Under the pieces are notes generated by a model. The model was not told where the DNA came from. It saw only the letters and a program-made list of their open reading frames with translations, and did no database searches. Both the position numbers and the translations under genes were made by a program. Positions 1 through 7,758 of a stretch of DNA of 32,000 nt are shown piece after piece (the first letter of the stretch is position 1; each line of letters starts with the position of its first letter). The DNA is from Thermofilum adornatum. GTDB taxonomy: Archaea > Thermoproteota > Thermoprotei > Thermofilales > Thermofilaceae. The DNA is taken from contig NC_022093.1 in NCBI RefSeq assembly GCF_000446015.1, positions 870,001 through 902,000 of the forward strand. The letters are read 5' to 3'.

Positions 1-1105
1 TCACAGCTACCGAGGCAACGTTTTCCCCATTTGCTAGGTTTACCACGTCCTCCGGTGACAATATTTCTGCTAGCTGGTTGAGCTCGTCGTCTGAAAGCTT
101 CTCAATCGCGTGCAGGCCTTTAAGGCTGTCCTTTATTCGCTTACCCCAGTATTCATTATACTTGTCCTTGTACTCTGACAGCCTTTGTTTGGACAGGTTG
201 CCTTCTTCAAGGGCCTTCGCTGTGACTTCGGCGGCTATTTTTCCTCCAGCGATAGAGGTATGAATGCCTCCACCGGTTAAAGGAATGACTTGTCCCGCGG
301 CCTCACCTATTAGTATCGCGTGGTCTGTCACGATTTCGCTTAGCATCCCACCTATTGTCACGGCTGCGCCCCTGAACTCCAGTATGTCGACTTTCTTGAA
401 GATCTCTGGATGCATTTTGATGAACTTGTCTAGATACGCCTTGGGCGCTGCCCCCTGGACGCCTATGCCAACGTTTGCTAGGCGTCCGTCCTTTGGAAAG
501 ATCCACACGTAGCCCTTTGGTGCCACATCGTTGCCAAGGAAGAAATAGGTCATGTCTGGGTCGTGGACATCAACATTAGGCATCACGTACTGAATGGCTG
601 GGATGACTTTTCTCTCGCCCGGCTTCTCCAGGCCCAAGGTCCGCGAGACGAAGGATAAATAGCCGTCTGCGCCCACCAAAAGCTTTGCTTCGAGCTCCAT
701 TGTACGCGTCTTGACTAGCCAGTGGTCTTTTTGGAATGTGAGTTCTTTGACAGGCTCTTTCATGTATATTTCTGCTCCCGTAGAGGCTGAGTATTCGCCC
801 ATCACTCTGAGAAAATTCTTTTTATCGATTACGTAGCCCATTTCCCCCTCTTCTTTTACAATGACCTCTTTTCCATTCGGAGCAACAATCACTGCCCCCT
901 TAATTACATGAGAAATGAATCGGTTATAGTCAGATTTTTCTATCTCGGCAGTTTTGAGGACACGTGCGCTTATGCCCTCGCCGCAAGGCTTGACGGCTAG
1001 CTGTTCATTTTTCTCCACGACGGCAACCTTAAAACCCTTGGCGGCCAGTACACGGGAATACATGAGACCGGCTGGTCCAGCTCCAACCACTAATGCGTCG
1101 TACAT
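1..1105 (-). CDS. FAD-dependent geranylgeranyl reductase family protein (digeranylgeranylglycerophospholipid reductase-like); C-terminus runs off the window
   Basis: Absent from the ORF track because it is open at the window edge. My reverse translation from ATG (1105-1103) reads MYDALVVGAGPAGLMYSRVLAAKGFKVAVVEKNEQLAVKPCGEGIS... This shows a GxGxxG FAD fold and a PCGEG motif typical of archaeal GGR. The frame stays open to position 2. Confidence 0.85.
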   Translation of the reverse strand, partial: MYDALVVGAGPAGLMYSRVLAAKGFKVAVVEKNEQLAVKPCGEGISARVLKTAEIEKSDYNRFISHVIKGAVIVAPNGKEVIVKEEGEMGYVIDKKNFLRVMGEYSASTGAEIYMKEPVKELTFQKDHWLVKTRTMELEAKLLVGADGYLSFVSRTLGLEKPGERKVIPAIQYVMPNVDVHDPDMTYFFLGNDVAPKGYVWIFPKDGRLANVGIGVQGAAPKAYLDKFIKMHPEIFKKVDILEFRGAAVTIGGMLSEIVTDHAILIGEAAGQVIPLTGGGIHTSIAGGKIAAEVTAKALEEGNLSKQRLSEYKDKYNEYWGKRIKDSLKGLHAIEKLSDDELNQLAEILSPEDVVNLANGENVASVAV

Positions 1106-1124
1106 GTTAGTCCCCCTTGCAGGG

Positions 1125-1152
1125 TAATATTTAAAGGGGCGGTATAAAAATT
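1125..1152. promoter_or_regulatory. Divergent TATA-like elements in the 61-bp spacer between the reductase and regulator genes
   Basis: TTTAAATATT (minus-strand reading, 1125-1134) lies about 20-29 nt from ATG 1105. TATAAAAATT (1143-1152) lies about 20-30 nt upstream of ATGs at 1167/1173. The spacing fits leaderless or near-leaderless archaeal mRNAs. Confidence 0.4.
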
Positions 1153-1166
1153 ATACTTCAAGGGAA

Positions 1167-1625
1167 ATGTACATGGATGTGGACATGTTCTGGGAAGACG
1201 TCGAGAAAAGAGTGAAAAAGGTCATCGATGGGGTAGAAGAGACACTCAAGGTCATGCTTGAAAACAAGAAGTTAACAGTTGAGGAGGCACAGGAAATCTT
1301 GGATTCTCTTGCTCCAAGTTTTTCCCTGCTTGCTAGAAAAGGTGTTCTGCAGATTCTATACACATTGTTGCTTCTGGGACCATGCACGTTTACAGAGCTT
1401 CTAGAATCCTCAAAGGTAAATCGCAGAACGCTCTCTTTTCGGCTGAAACAGCTTCAACGTGAAGCAATGATAACTAGATATATAGAGACGGTCGACAGGG
1501 AGAGGCAAGGAAAGACTCTCTATGTATTGACAGAGAAGGGGAGGTCTGCGGCGCTCCTTGCCATCCCCCTTATCTACTACATATCGAAGATGCATAAATC
1601 TTCTAGTCTCCATAACTCGCTATAG
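1167..1625 (+). CDS. Winged-helix transcriptional regulator, HxlR/ArsR-like
   Basis: KGVLQILYTLLLLGPCTFTELLESSKVNRRTLSFRLKQLQREAMITRYIE...TLYVLTEKGRS matches the HxlR-type wHTH pattern (recognition helix plus wing, Y-x-LT-x-KG). The true start may be ATG 1173 or 1185. Confidence 0.7.
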   Translation: MYMDVDMFWEDVEKRVKKVIDGVEETLKVMLENKKLTVEEAQEILDSLAPSFSLLARKGVLQILYTLLLLGPCTFTELLESSKVNRRTLSFRLKQLQREAMITRYIETVDRERQGKTLYVLTEKGRSAALLAIPLIYYISKMHKSSSLHNSL

Positions 1626-2672
1626 AACAAAAGGATCTATTTCAAGAACTATTCTCCTAGGCCTTGGGTCTCCAGACCTAAAAAGAAGAGCGTTCCCCCT
1701 GGTTCCAAAAGCTATGTGGTCAAATTCTTCTCTGCCAAGCGAAAATAGGGAAGCTATGTCAGCAATGTAGCTCTCGGGTCCAGAGAGCGCCACCACGTAT
1801 CCTGCTAGCTGGAAGATCCTTGGGTCAAATTCTCGGGGGAGCTGTGTGACGGCAAGTATGCTCAGGCCGAACTTTCGTATCTCCTTGAATAGTCTTAGGA
1901 AGTAGTCTTTTAGCAGATGTGCCTCTTCTAGGACAACTATTAGGTCCACCCTATTTCTAGAACCAAGACTCCTCATATATCCTTCTAGTAGGAGAAGTAA
2001 AATCTGTGAAGCAGTGGCATGAAGCTCTCGCGAGACTAAGGTCGGAAACGTAATGTGGAGGTTCTTTTCAGCGAGCTCTCTTATTTTGAAGCCGTCCTCG
2101 GAATAGAGTTTTCGCAGATCATCATATATACGTTTGAGGTTGGGATCCTCATTTTTTACTCTTTCGAACGGATACAGACTTTTCTCTTCAAAGCATTTAG
2201 CTAGGATTTCTCTTAGAATGCTCCTATACCCGGGAAATGCATATATTTTCTCGAGGTAATAGGAAAGCTCGCTGGCAAGCTCTTCGGGGCTCCAGCCAGG
2301 GTGTTCCATGAAGTATATTTTTTCCACGGTGAGCTCTAGTCTCGTGTCCATTATGCTTGTATAGGATTTTTCGCTGTGTGGGTCTATTACCCACTCCTTT
2401 ATGCCCATTTTCTGGGCCTGCAAGAGGATATGTCTAGCAAGTGTTGATTTTCCTGAACCAGTGGATCCTACGATTACTCCATGCATGTTAGGCAATTTGG
2501 AGGGGTTAACCCTGACTTCTCTTCCTCTATCGTCTCGGCCTAGTATAAACCCATGAGTTTCTTCTGGGGGAGACAGTATACTGAAAGGGGTGAATATTGC
2601 TAGGTCGCCTGATAGACCGAAAGCCTCGCGTGAAAAGGCTTTTCTCATGTAATGATAAAGGGTTTCGCTCAT
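1620..2672 (-). CDS. P-loop ATPase of the HerA/VirB4/FtsK class (CedB/TedB-like ATPase domain)
   Basis: Walker A is GSTGSGKST about 70 aa from the N-terminus, followed by VIDPHSE, Walker B LIVVLEEAHLL and AVTQLP. This motif order is typical of VirB4/HerA (DUF87/AAA_10-like). ATGA start/stop overlap with the upstream ORF at 2669-2672. Confidence 0.75.
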   Translation of the reverse strand: MSETLYHYMRKAFSREAFGLSGDLAIFTPFSILSPPEETHGFILGRDDRGREVRVNPSKLPNMHGVIVGSTGSGKSTLARHILLQAQKMGIKEWVIDPHSEKSYTSIMDTRLELTVEKIYFMEHPGWSPEELASELSYYLEKIYAFPGYRSILREILAKCFEEKSLYPFERVKNEDPNLKRIYDDLRKLYSEDGFKIRELAEKNLHITFPTLVSRELHATASQILLLLLEGYMRSLGSRNRVDLIVVLEEAHLLKDYFLRLFKEIRKFGLSILAVTQLPREFDPRIFQLAGYVVALSGPESYIADIASLFSLGREEFDHIAFGTRGNALLFRSGDPRPRRIVLEIDPFVL

Positions 2673-3751
2673 TCTAGGACACCTAGAGGAAGCAGGGATT
2701 TTTTAAATATGAAACCCACAGTTTTCAGGATTTTTACCTCGTTTTGTGTAGCAGCTAAGAGGCCTGATACGAGGTATAAGCTTTCTCTTCTCTCCCATCT
2801 TCGTCTGCTTGCTGCAAAAAACTTTGCACTGCTGTGGATGACGGAAAGCTTGTCGAGCGCGGTACCAAGCTCGTAATCTCTATAGGCTTTCGAATCTATT
2901 TCGTGTTCTACGTGTAATGGGCCCGGCGTTAGCCGTAGTAGTAAGAATATTTTGTCTGAAATGCTGTAGATCAATTGGGCTCGGGAAAAGATATCGAAGA
3001 TTGAGGGATACGAATAGAAACTTTGAATAGAGTCTAGCGTATAGAGCTCAGTAGAGTTCTTCCTCCTGTATCCGTGAAGATTTCCTGGAAAACTTGCTAA
3101 GAGGAGTGCTGAGGAGACGGGAAACAAAACAGGTGTCTTAAAGAAAAGGATTGAACCAAGGATTGCTAGGAAAAATTTTCTCAATTTGTTTCTTTTCGCT
3201 TTTTCTATGAAATCTGGACGCAGAATTCTATAGACTTCTGAACCACTCATAGGTCTGAAACTTAAACCGTGTCTCTCAAATGAACGTTTAAGTCTATAAA
3301 CTTCGCTCTTTATTTTTTCAGGTAAAGCTTCGAATCTGTTTGTGCACATCCTAGTGACGATGAAATATCTTCCCCTGTCAACTACTATAAAATAGGTATT
3401 ATTTCCTGTAAAAGTTGTATTTATAAAACTCTGGGTATAAAACCAGAATCTCTTTTCGCTCAAGTCGTTAACGTTGTGGCGTACATCAAAGAGCTCAAAC
3501 CCTATGTAGATGCATGTCTCATGCTTCCTAGCTTCCATGCAAAAATCCTCATCAATCGAGATTTCTCTAAGCGGATAACCTCCCAAAGCGAAAATAAGCG
3601 ACCAGACGTATATCTCTGGGAAGAAGAGTAGAAGAGATAAACTAATTATGGCTTGTCCTACTAGCTTCTCCTCTGGTCTACTCATGAGAAATATTCCCAG
3701 AGCAAAAAGCAGAAGAACAAAAAGATACCTTGTCTTCACATCATTCACCAA
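2669..3751 (-). CDS. Membrane protein, unknown family (N-terminal TM helices, soluble domain, central TM hairpin, C-terminal domain); possible detached VirB4/CedB N-terminal part
   Basis: Hydrophobic stretches YLFVLLLFALGIFLM, AIISLSLLLFFPEIYVWSLIFALGG and FFLAILGSILFFKTPVLFPVSSALLLASF. Tightly coupled on both sides. Start is ambiguous (TTG 3751, GTG 3748 or GTG 3739). Confidence 0.6.
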   Translation of the reverse strand: MVNDVKTRYLFVLLLFALGIFLMSRPEEKLVGQAIISLSLLLFFPEIYVWSLIFALGGYPLREISIDEDFCMEARKHETCIYIGFELFDVRHNVNDLSEKRFWFYTQSFINTTFTGNNTYFIVVDRGRYFIVTRMCTNRFEALPEKIKSEVYRLKRSFERHGLSFRPMSGSEVYRILRPDFIEKAKRNKLRKFFLAILGSILFFKTPVLFPVSSALLLASFPGNLHGYRRKNSTELYTLDSIQSFYSYPSIFDIFSRAQLIYSISDKIFLLLRLTPGPLHVEHEIDSKAYRDYELGTALDKLSVIHSSAKFFAASRRRWERRESLYLVSGLLAATQNEVKILKTVGFIFKKSLLPLGVLE

Positions 3752-6323
3752 ATTTTCTCCTAATTCTCTTCCAAAGCCCTTCTAAAGAATCAAACCTGCC
3801 TTCTCCGAGATAAAACCTTCTAAGCCCCTCAACTTCGATTCTTTCCTCTCTTTCAAGTATATCAAGTGCCTTAAGTCTAAGCATTCTCTTTACATCTCTG
3901 TCTGCAAAGAAGCTCAGAGGGACTCTAAGCTTCCTGGCAAGAATCTCGAAACTTTTTGGGTCTAGAGAGAGACTTGAAAGGGCCTCGTCTACTTCCCGCA
4001 GGCTCGAAGCCTTTCTTACCTTGTCTATGACCTTGTCTATTATCTGAGTATTCTCTCCAGACTTCTCCAAGCTCTTCCTAACTTCCTCTAGATGTGTGGT
4101 TGCCTGCTCCTTATAGCGTTCAAGAAAGTCTCTGTAAATTCCTGGAAAATATACCTGGAGAACCTGGTCATTATCGTCACGCATCCTTTTGAGCCTAGGG
4201 TCGTAGCCCATAAGGTATAGCCTTAGATTGGAGTAGCTATCCTCTAGGCGGCTCTGCAATCTTTTGGCAAGGTACCCGCTTTCTCTATGCAGGTATCGAA
4301 TTGCATTTACACTTGCTACGGGAAGGCTTTGATCTGCAAACCTACTTGCTTTCTCTACCTTTGAAGCAAACATATACAGTTTTCTTGCTTTGCTTTCTTT
4401 GTAGTGTTGCCTCGCAAAATCTCCGAGATTCATTAGTGTGGCGCTTGTGAATCTTAATATCGCTGGAAGTGGTTTATGGGATAGATATTTTGGAGATTCC
4501 CGTATTATTCTCTTAGAGAGTCTGCCGATGGTGACTACGGGATGATCCTTCTCTACTTCTCTACTTAAAACTAGCTCCTTATAGAGGGTACTAGGTCGCC
4601 AATCAATTTTTATAACGTTACTGTTTAGAGACCAAATTCTTTTAAGCTTTTTAGCCAGAGACACAAAACTGAAATGCGTTGAGTGTTTAAGAGAACTGAA
4701 ATGAATGCTTATCGGTGAAAAAATAGCCACTGAATAATACCCAACCGTTAACAAGATCCCGCTAAACATTATGAAGACCAAGAGAAAACTCTTGTAGAGT
4801 GCTAAGAGAGGGTAGATAAAACTGTTAAAATTTTCCTTAAGCCACCCATCTATGTGTGACACCTTTTGCCACAATGAAAGGTATGTTGGTGCAGAGCTGT
4901 GATTCCAATACCCTATCCCGTGTATTATGATTTTCGGGGAGGAAACGTTCCCGGAAAAGACTCCGGAGCAGTTCTTCTTGCCGAACCATATCTTTATGCC
5001 ATACTCTCTAAAGTTTGGTACTTCATCTTTAAGAACCAACTTGTCTGATAAGAATCCTGGAATCGCGTTGCGGATACGTTCAACCCAGTCATCGTAGCTC
5101 TTTTTCCAACTGTCTAATGCTCCGAGGTCTGCTATAACTCCTGGAGGCATTTCGTTTGTTACCCTGTAGTATAGAGTCCAGCAAGTCCCGTTCTTACTTA
5201 TAAGGGATTCATTCAAGTAGACAAGCTGGAAGTCTCCCCCCCGGATAAAAAACTCTCTAACAGATGTGCTGGGCTCCAAGGCAAACTCGACAGTGCCATT
5301 CTCGTTTCTCGAAGGGCGTAAGGGCACAACGCCTTCATATGCCACAACGTGGCCCATAGTTCCTTTTTCAGACGTAATGAGGAATATGGGTAGCCACACG
5401 TTGAGTTCTAGCGTTTGATTTGGCTTGAGAGAGAACTTTGCTGGGTAGGCGTAGCAGCTGCAGTATGAATAGGGAGATTTTTCATAGCAACATGGATGTA
5501 AAGTGAAATTTGTCCAATAGTTAATTATCCAGAGGACTGTATAGTTCCCCGCAGGTAGAACTAGCTGGTCACCATTTTTACCCTTTACAACAAAGAGCGT
5601 CGAGTTGGCATCTCGGAGACCTATAAGTATTGTGTCAAGTGTAGGGGTATCAGAAAAGTCTTTTACTTTAAGTCTAAGGGTTCCAGTAGGACTAGGCATG
5701 GCTCCGAATGGAGGCATTGATGTAGGTATAGACTCTGTCTCAGAAATAGTGTATGGGAGAGCTAAAGAAAAAGCCAACAGTATCACAGAAGTTGGTAAAG
5801 CAAACTTCCTAATTTTCGGTACCAGGCTTAGAAGAATTATGGTTCTAGTTACGTTTCTTAGATTTCTTAAAGAATCTATTAGGAACCCTGTAATGCTTGT
5901 AATGAGCCAGGCTGCGCCTGTCTGAACTGAGAGGTATTCAAGCTGTGCAAGAACCGTATGTCGGAACAGGTCAAAATACTCGAGGGCGATTGTTGCCTCG
6001 GGTGCACCTAGTGTTGCGGCCAAGCTTATAATTGAATCAACAACTGCGCTGCCAAAGAGTAGTTGCAAAGCTCCAGTATAGGCTTTGTACAAATTTCCCT
6101 CAAGCTCTTTAAGTTTCTTAATAGAACAATCTATGCTTACCATTGCATATTGTGAGTAAAGTCTTAGCAGTATCACAACGACTCCTGCATAGAGGATCAG
6201 TTCTACAACTCTTTGCGACAATACGTTTAGCGATTGTTTCCGTCTCTGAGTAAACCAGTAGAAGAGAGCCTCGGCAACGACCAGAGAAAAAGCCAACCCG
6301 AACCAAACAAGTTCCTCGTTCAT
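3741..6323 (-). CDS. Large (860 aa) membrane glycoprotein: N-terminal TM bundle, sequon-rich ectodomain, TM hairpin, about 300-aa charged helical cytoplasmic domain
   Basis: Long uninterrupted ORF. About ten N-x-S/T sequons (NST, NYT, NFT, NQT, NGT, NES, NGT, NCS, NVS, NHS) are confined to the region between the TM clusters. Cys cluster HPCCYEKSPYSYCSCY. ATGA overlap with the upstream gene at 6320-6323. Confidence 0.7.
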   Translation of the reverse strand: MNEELVWFGLAFSLVVAEALFYWFTQRRKQSLNVLSQRVVELILYAGVVVILLRLYSQYAMVSIDCSIKKLKELEGNLYKAYTGALQLLFGSAVVDSIISLAATLGAPEATIALEYFDLFRHTVLAQLEYLSVQTGAAWLITSITGFLIDSLRNLRNVTRTIILLSLVPKIRKFALPTSVILLAFSLALPYTISETESIPTSMPPFGAMPSPTGTLRLKVKDFSDTPTLDTILIGLRDANSTLFVVKGKNGDQLVLPAGNYTVLWIINYWTNFTLHPCCYEKSPYSYCSCYAYPAKFSLKPNQTLELNVWLPIFLITSEKGTMGHVVAYEGVVPLRPSRNENGTVEFALEPSTSVREFFIRGGDFQLVYLNESLISKNGTCWTLYYRVTNEMPPGVIADLGALDSWKKSYDDWVERIRNAIPGFLSDKLVLKDEVPNFREYGIKIWFGKKNCSGVFSGNVSSPKIIIHGIGYWNHSSAPTYLSLWQKVSHIDGWLKENFNSFIYPLLALYKSFLLVFIMFSGILLTVGYYSVAIFSPISIHFSSLKHSTHFSFVSLAKKLKRIWSLNSNVIKIDWRPSTLYKELVLSREVEKDHPVVTIGRLSKRIIRESPKYLSHKPLPAILRFTSATLMNLGDFARQHYKESKARKLYMFASKVEKASRFADQSLPVASVNAIRYLHRESGYLAKRLQSRLEDSYSNLRLYLMGYDPRLKRMRDDNDQVLQVYFPGIYRDFLERYKEQATTHLEEVRKSLEKSGENTQIIDKVIDKVRKASSLREVDEALSSLSLDPKSFEILARKLRVPLSFFADRDVKRMLRLKALDILEREERIEVEGLRRFYLGEGRFDSLEGLWKRIRRKFGE

Positions 6324-7093
6324 GTTCTCAAGACGCTAATCATTACCGTGTCAAATATCGAGGCCAAGCCTATCCCGCCAATCGTTGCTAGAGTAGACGC
6401 AAAAATGCTAAGAGTCAGTGAACGCCCAAGCTCAACAGCGGCGTCGCCAATGATTCCAGCAATATTTATCCAGTCCGTAGGATTGATGGCTTGAGGTACC
6501 CTTATCTTCGAGAGTGCCTCGGCTGTTACCTGAGAGGAAAAAGCTATTGCAAGCGAGGTAGAAAGATAGAGGGATACCAGGGATATTCCAATTTTTCTAA
6601 GCCTTGGTATAGGTGTCAAGGTAGTGCCAAGAGCAAACAAGTAAGAAGAGACCATGGAAAATACCTGTGCAACGAACGAGAAATGCATGTAGAATATTGC
6701 TACTAGACTTAGCTCTGAGAGGCTCCAGCCAGTAGCTCCAGACAATACGCTGACAAGAGGAGCCGTTAGTGGTGTACTAGCGAGAATAGCTTTTTCGGTC
6801 TCTACAAAAAAGAGCATGTCTACAGCTTTTCTGCTTGCATCCCAGAAAATTCCTGAGGCAGTCGAGCATATATTGCTGACTTCCAAACTGTTCCAGAGAT
6901 TAATATTTAACCCGGCCATGCTGGCTAATTCAGAGGTTATAGAAAAAATCAGTTGCACGATAAAGATTAAGGCGAGGGATACAGTGGCATCTTCGAAATA
7001 TTTCAAAGCTGTCTGCCTCTGTCCAAGGCTCCAGTAAATAGAACCAAGGGCCAGATAAGCTGCAATGCCGGAGGCAATTATGAATATATCCAT
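6320..7093 (-). CDS. Polytopic (about 6 TM) membrane protein, VirB6/TrbL/CedA-like by size and topology
   Basis: 257 aa, almost entirely hydrophobic helices separated by short loops. Sits between the pilin-like ORF and the large membrane protein. The call rests on topology and context only; there are no diagnostic motifs. Confidence 0.55.
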   Translation of the reverse strand: MDIFIIASGIAAYLALGSIYWSLGQRQTALKYFEDATVSLALIFIVQLIFSITSELASMAGLNINLWNSLEVSNICSTASGIFWDASRKAVDMLFFVETEKAILASTPLTAPLVSVLSGATGWSLSELSLVAIFYMHFSFVAQVFSMVSSYLFALGTTLTPIPRLRKIGISLVSLYLSTSLAIAFSSQVTAEALSKIRVPQAINPTDWINIAGIIGDAAVELGRSLTLSIFASTLATIGGIGLASIFDTVMISVLRT

Positions 7094-7099
7094 TGGGAG

Positions 7100-7693
7100 C
7101 TACCCCGTGAATACTGAAATAATAATTTTCCAGCCCTCGTTCAGCAGAGTATTAAAAATCTCGGCAATTGAAGATATTTCGTTTATTCCAATATTTTTCA
7201 TGATGTTCACGAGTAGGAAAAGCAAGGGAATAATGGCGAGTGTTTCGACTGCTCTTAAAAATTTGCTTACGGCAAGACTTCTCCCAAAACTGCCACCTGT
7301 GACCCAGGAAACAACTGCGTCAAAAACTATGAAGAAGAAGCCGAGCAAGCCAATGCCAAAAGCTATGGCAAAGAGAAGTGCAACAGCGTCTCGAAATGGC
7401 TTAAAAATATTTGTTATGAGGTCTGAGGGCTGTGCAAGAATTATTCTTGTGTCTACAGTAACGATTTGAATGAAAAATAGCAGGAGCAACGATTTTAGAC
7501 GCTTTTTGTTGTCATGCAAGGCCTCTTCTATAGCGAGTTTTATTTTCCTGAAAGTTTCCTTGTCGGAAAAATTTTTTCTATCAAATTTAGCAATTCTCCT
7601 CAAATTATACTCATAGAGCACCCTGATAAGAATCAGTTTTAGCCGACTCATAACTCTCTGGCAAGATTTTGCTGGAACAATATAAGTTGGCAC
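7100..7693 (-). CDS. VirB2/TrbC-like pilin candidate with long N-terminal leader
   Basis: GTG start (alternative ATG at 7651). Basic n-region KKRLK, h-region SLLLLFFIQIVTV and c-region ending ILA|QPS. Then two hydrophobic helices (AVALLFAIAFGIGLLGFFFIVFDAVVSWV and AVETLAIIPLLFLLVNIM) joined by a basic loop (GGSFGRSLAVSKFLR). Confidence 0.5.
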   Translation of the reverse strand: MPTYIVPAKSCQRVMSRLKLILIRVLYEYNLRRIAKFDRKNFSDKETFRKIKLAIEEALHDNKKRLKSLLLLFFIQIVTVDTRIILAQPSDLITNIFKPFRDAVALLFAIAFGIGLLGFFFIVFDAVVSWVTGGSFGRSLAVSKFLRAVETLAIIPLLFLLVNIMKNIGINEISSIAEIFNTLLNEGWKIIISVFTG

Positions 7694-7718
7694 AAATTGG
7701 AAGTCTCCTCTGGCATCG

Positions 7719-7727
7719 CTATATATT
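7719..7727. promoter_or_regulatory. Palindromic TATA element (CTATATATT) in the 65-bp divergent spacer of the two operons
   Basis: Centre is about 30 nt from GTG 7693 (minus operon, near-leaderless) and about 36 nt from ATG 7759. GAGGGGT (7744-7750) is a Shine-Dalgarno-like element 8-9 nt before ATG 7759. Confidence 0.45.
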
Positions 7728-7758
7728 CCCTCAGGTAAAGGTTGAGGGGTAAAAAATC

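Noticed and set aside
78-512. Track ORFs 78..263(+), 264..512(+) and 303..506(-)
   Set aside because: They lie entirely inside the long minus-strand geranylgeranyl reductase frame, which has clear FAD-fold motifs. Their sequences are low-complexity (S/P/R-rich), typical of shadow frames.
5605-7469. Plus-strand ORFs 5605..5925, 6234..6494, 6491..6706, 6816..7037, 7065..7469
   Set aside because: They are antisense to the tightly coupled minus-strand membrane-protein operon, with no start context or recognisable motifs.
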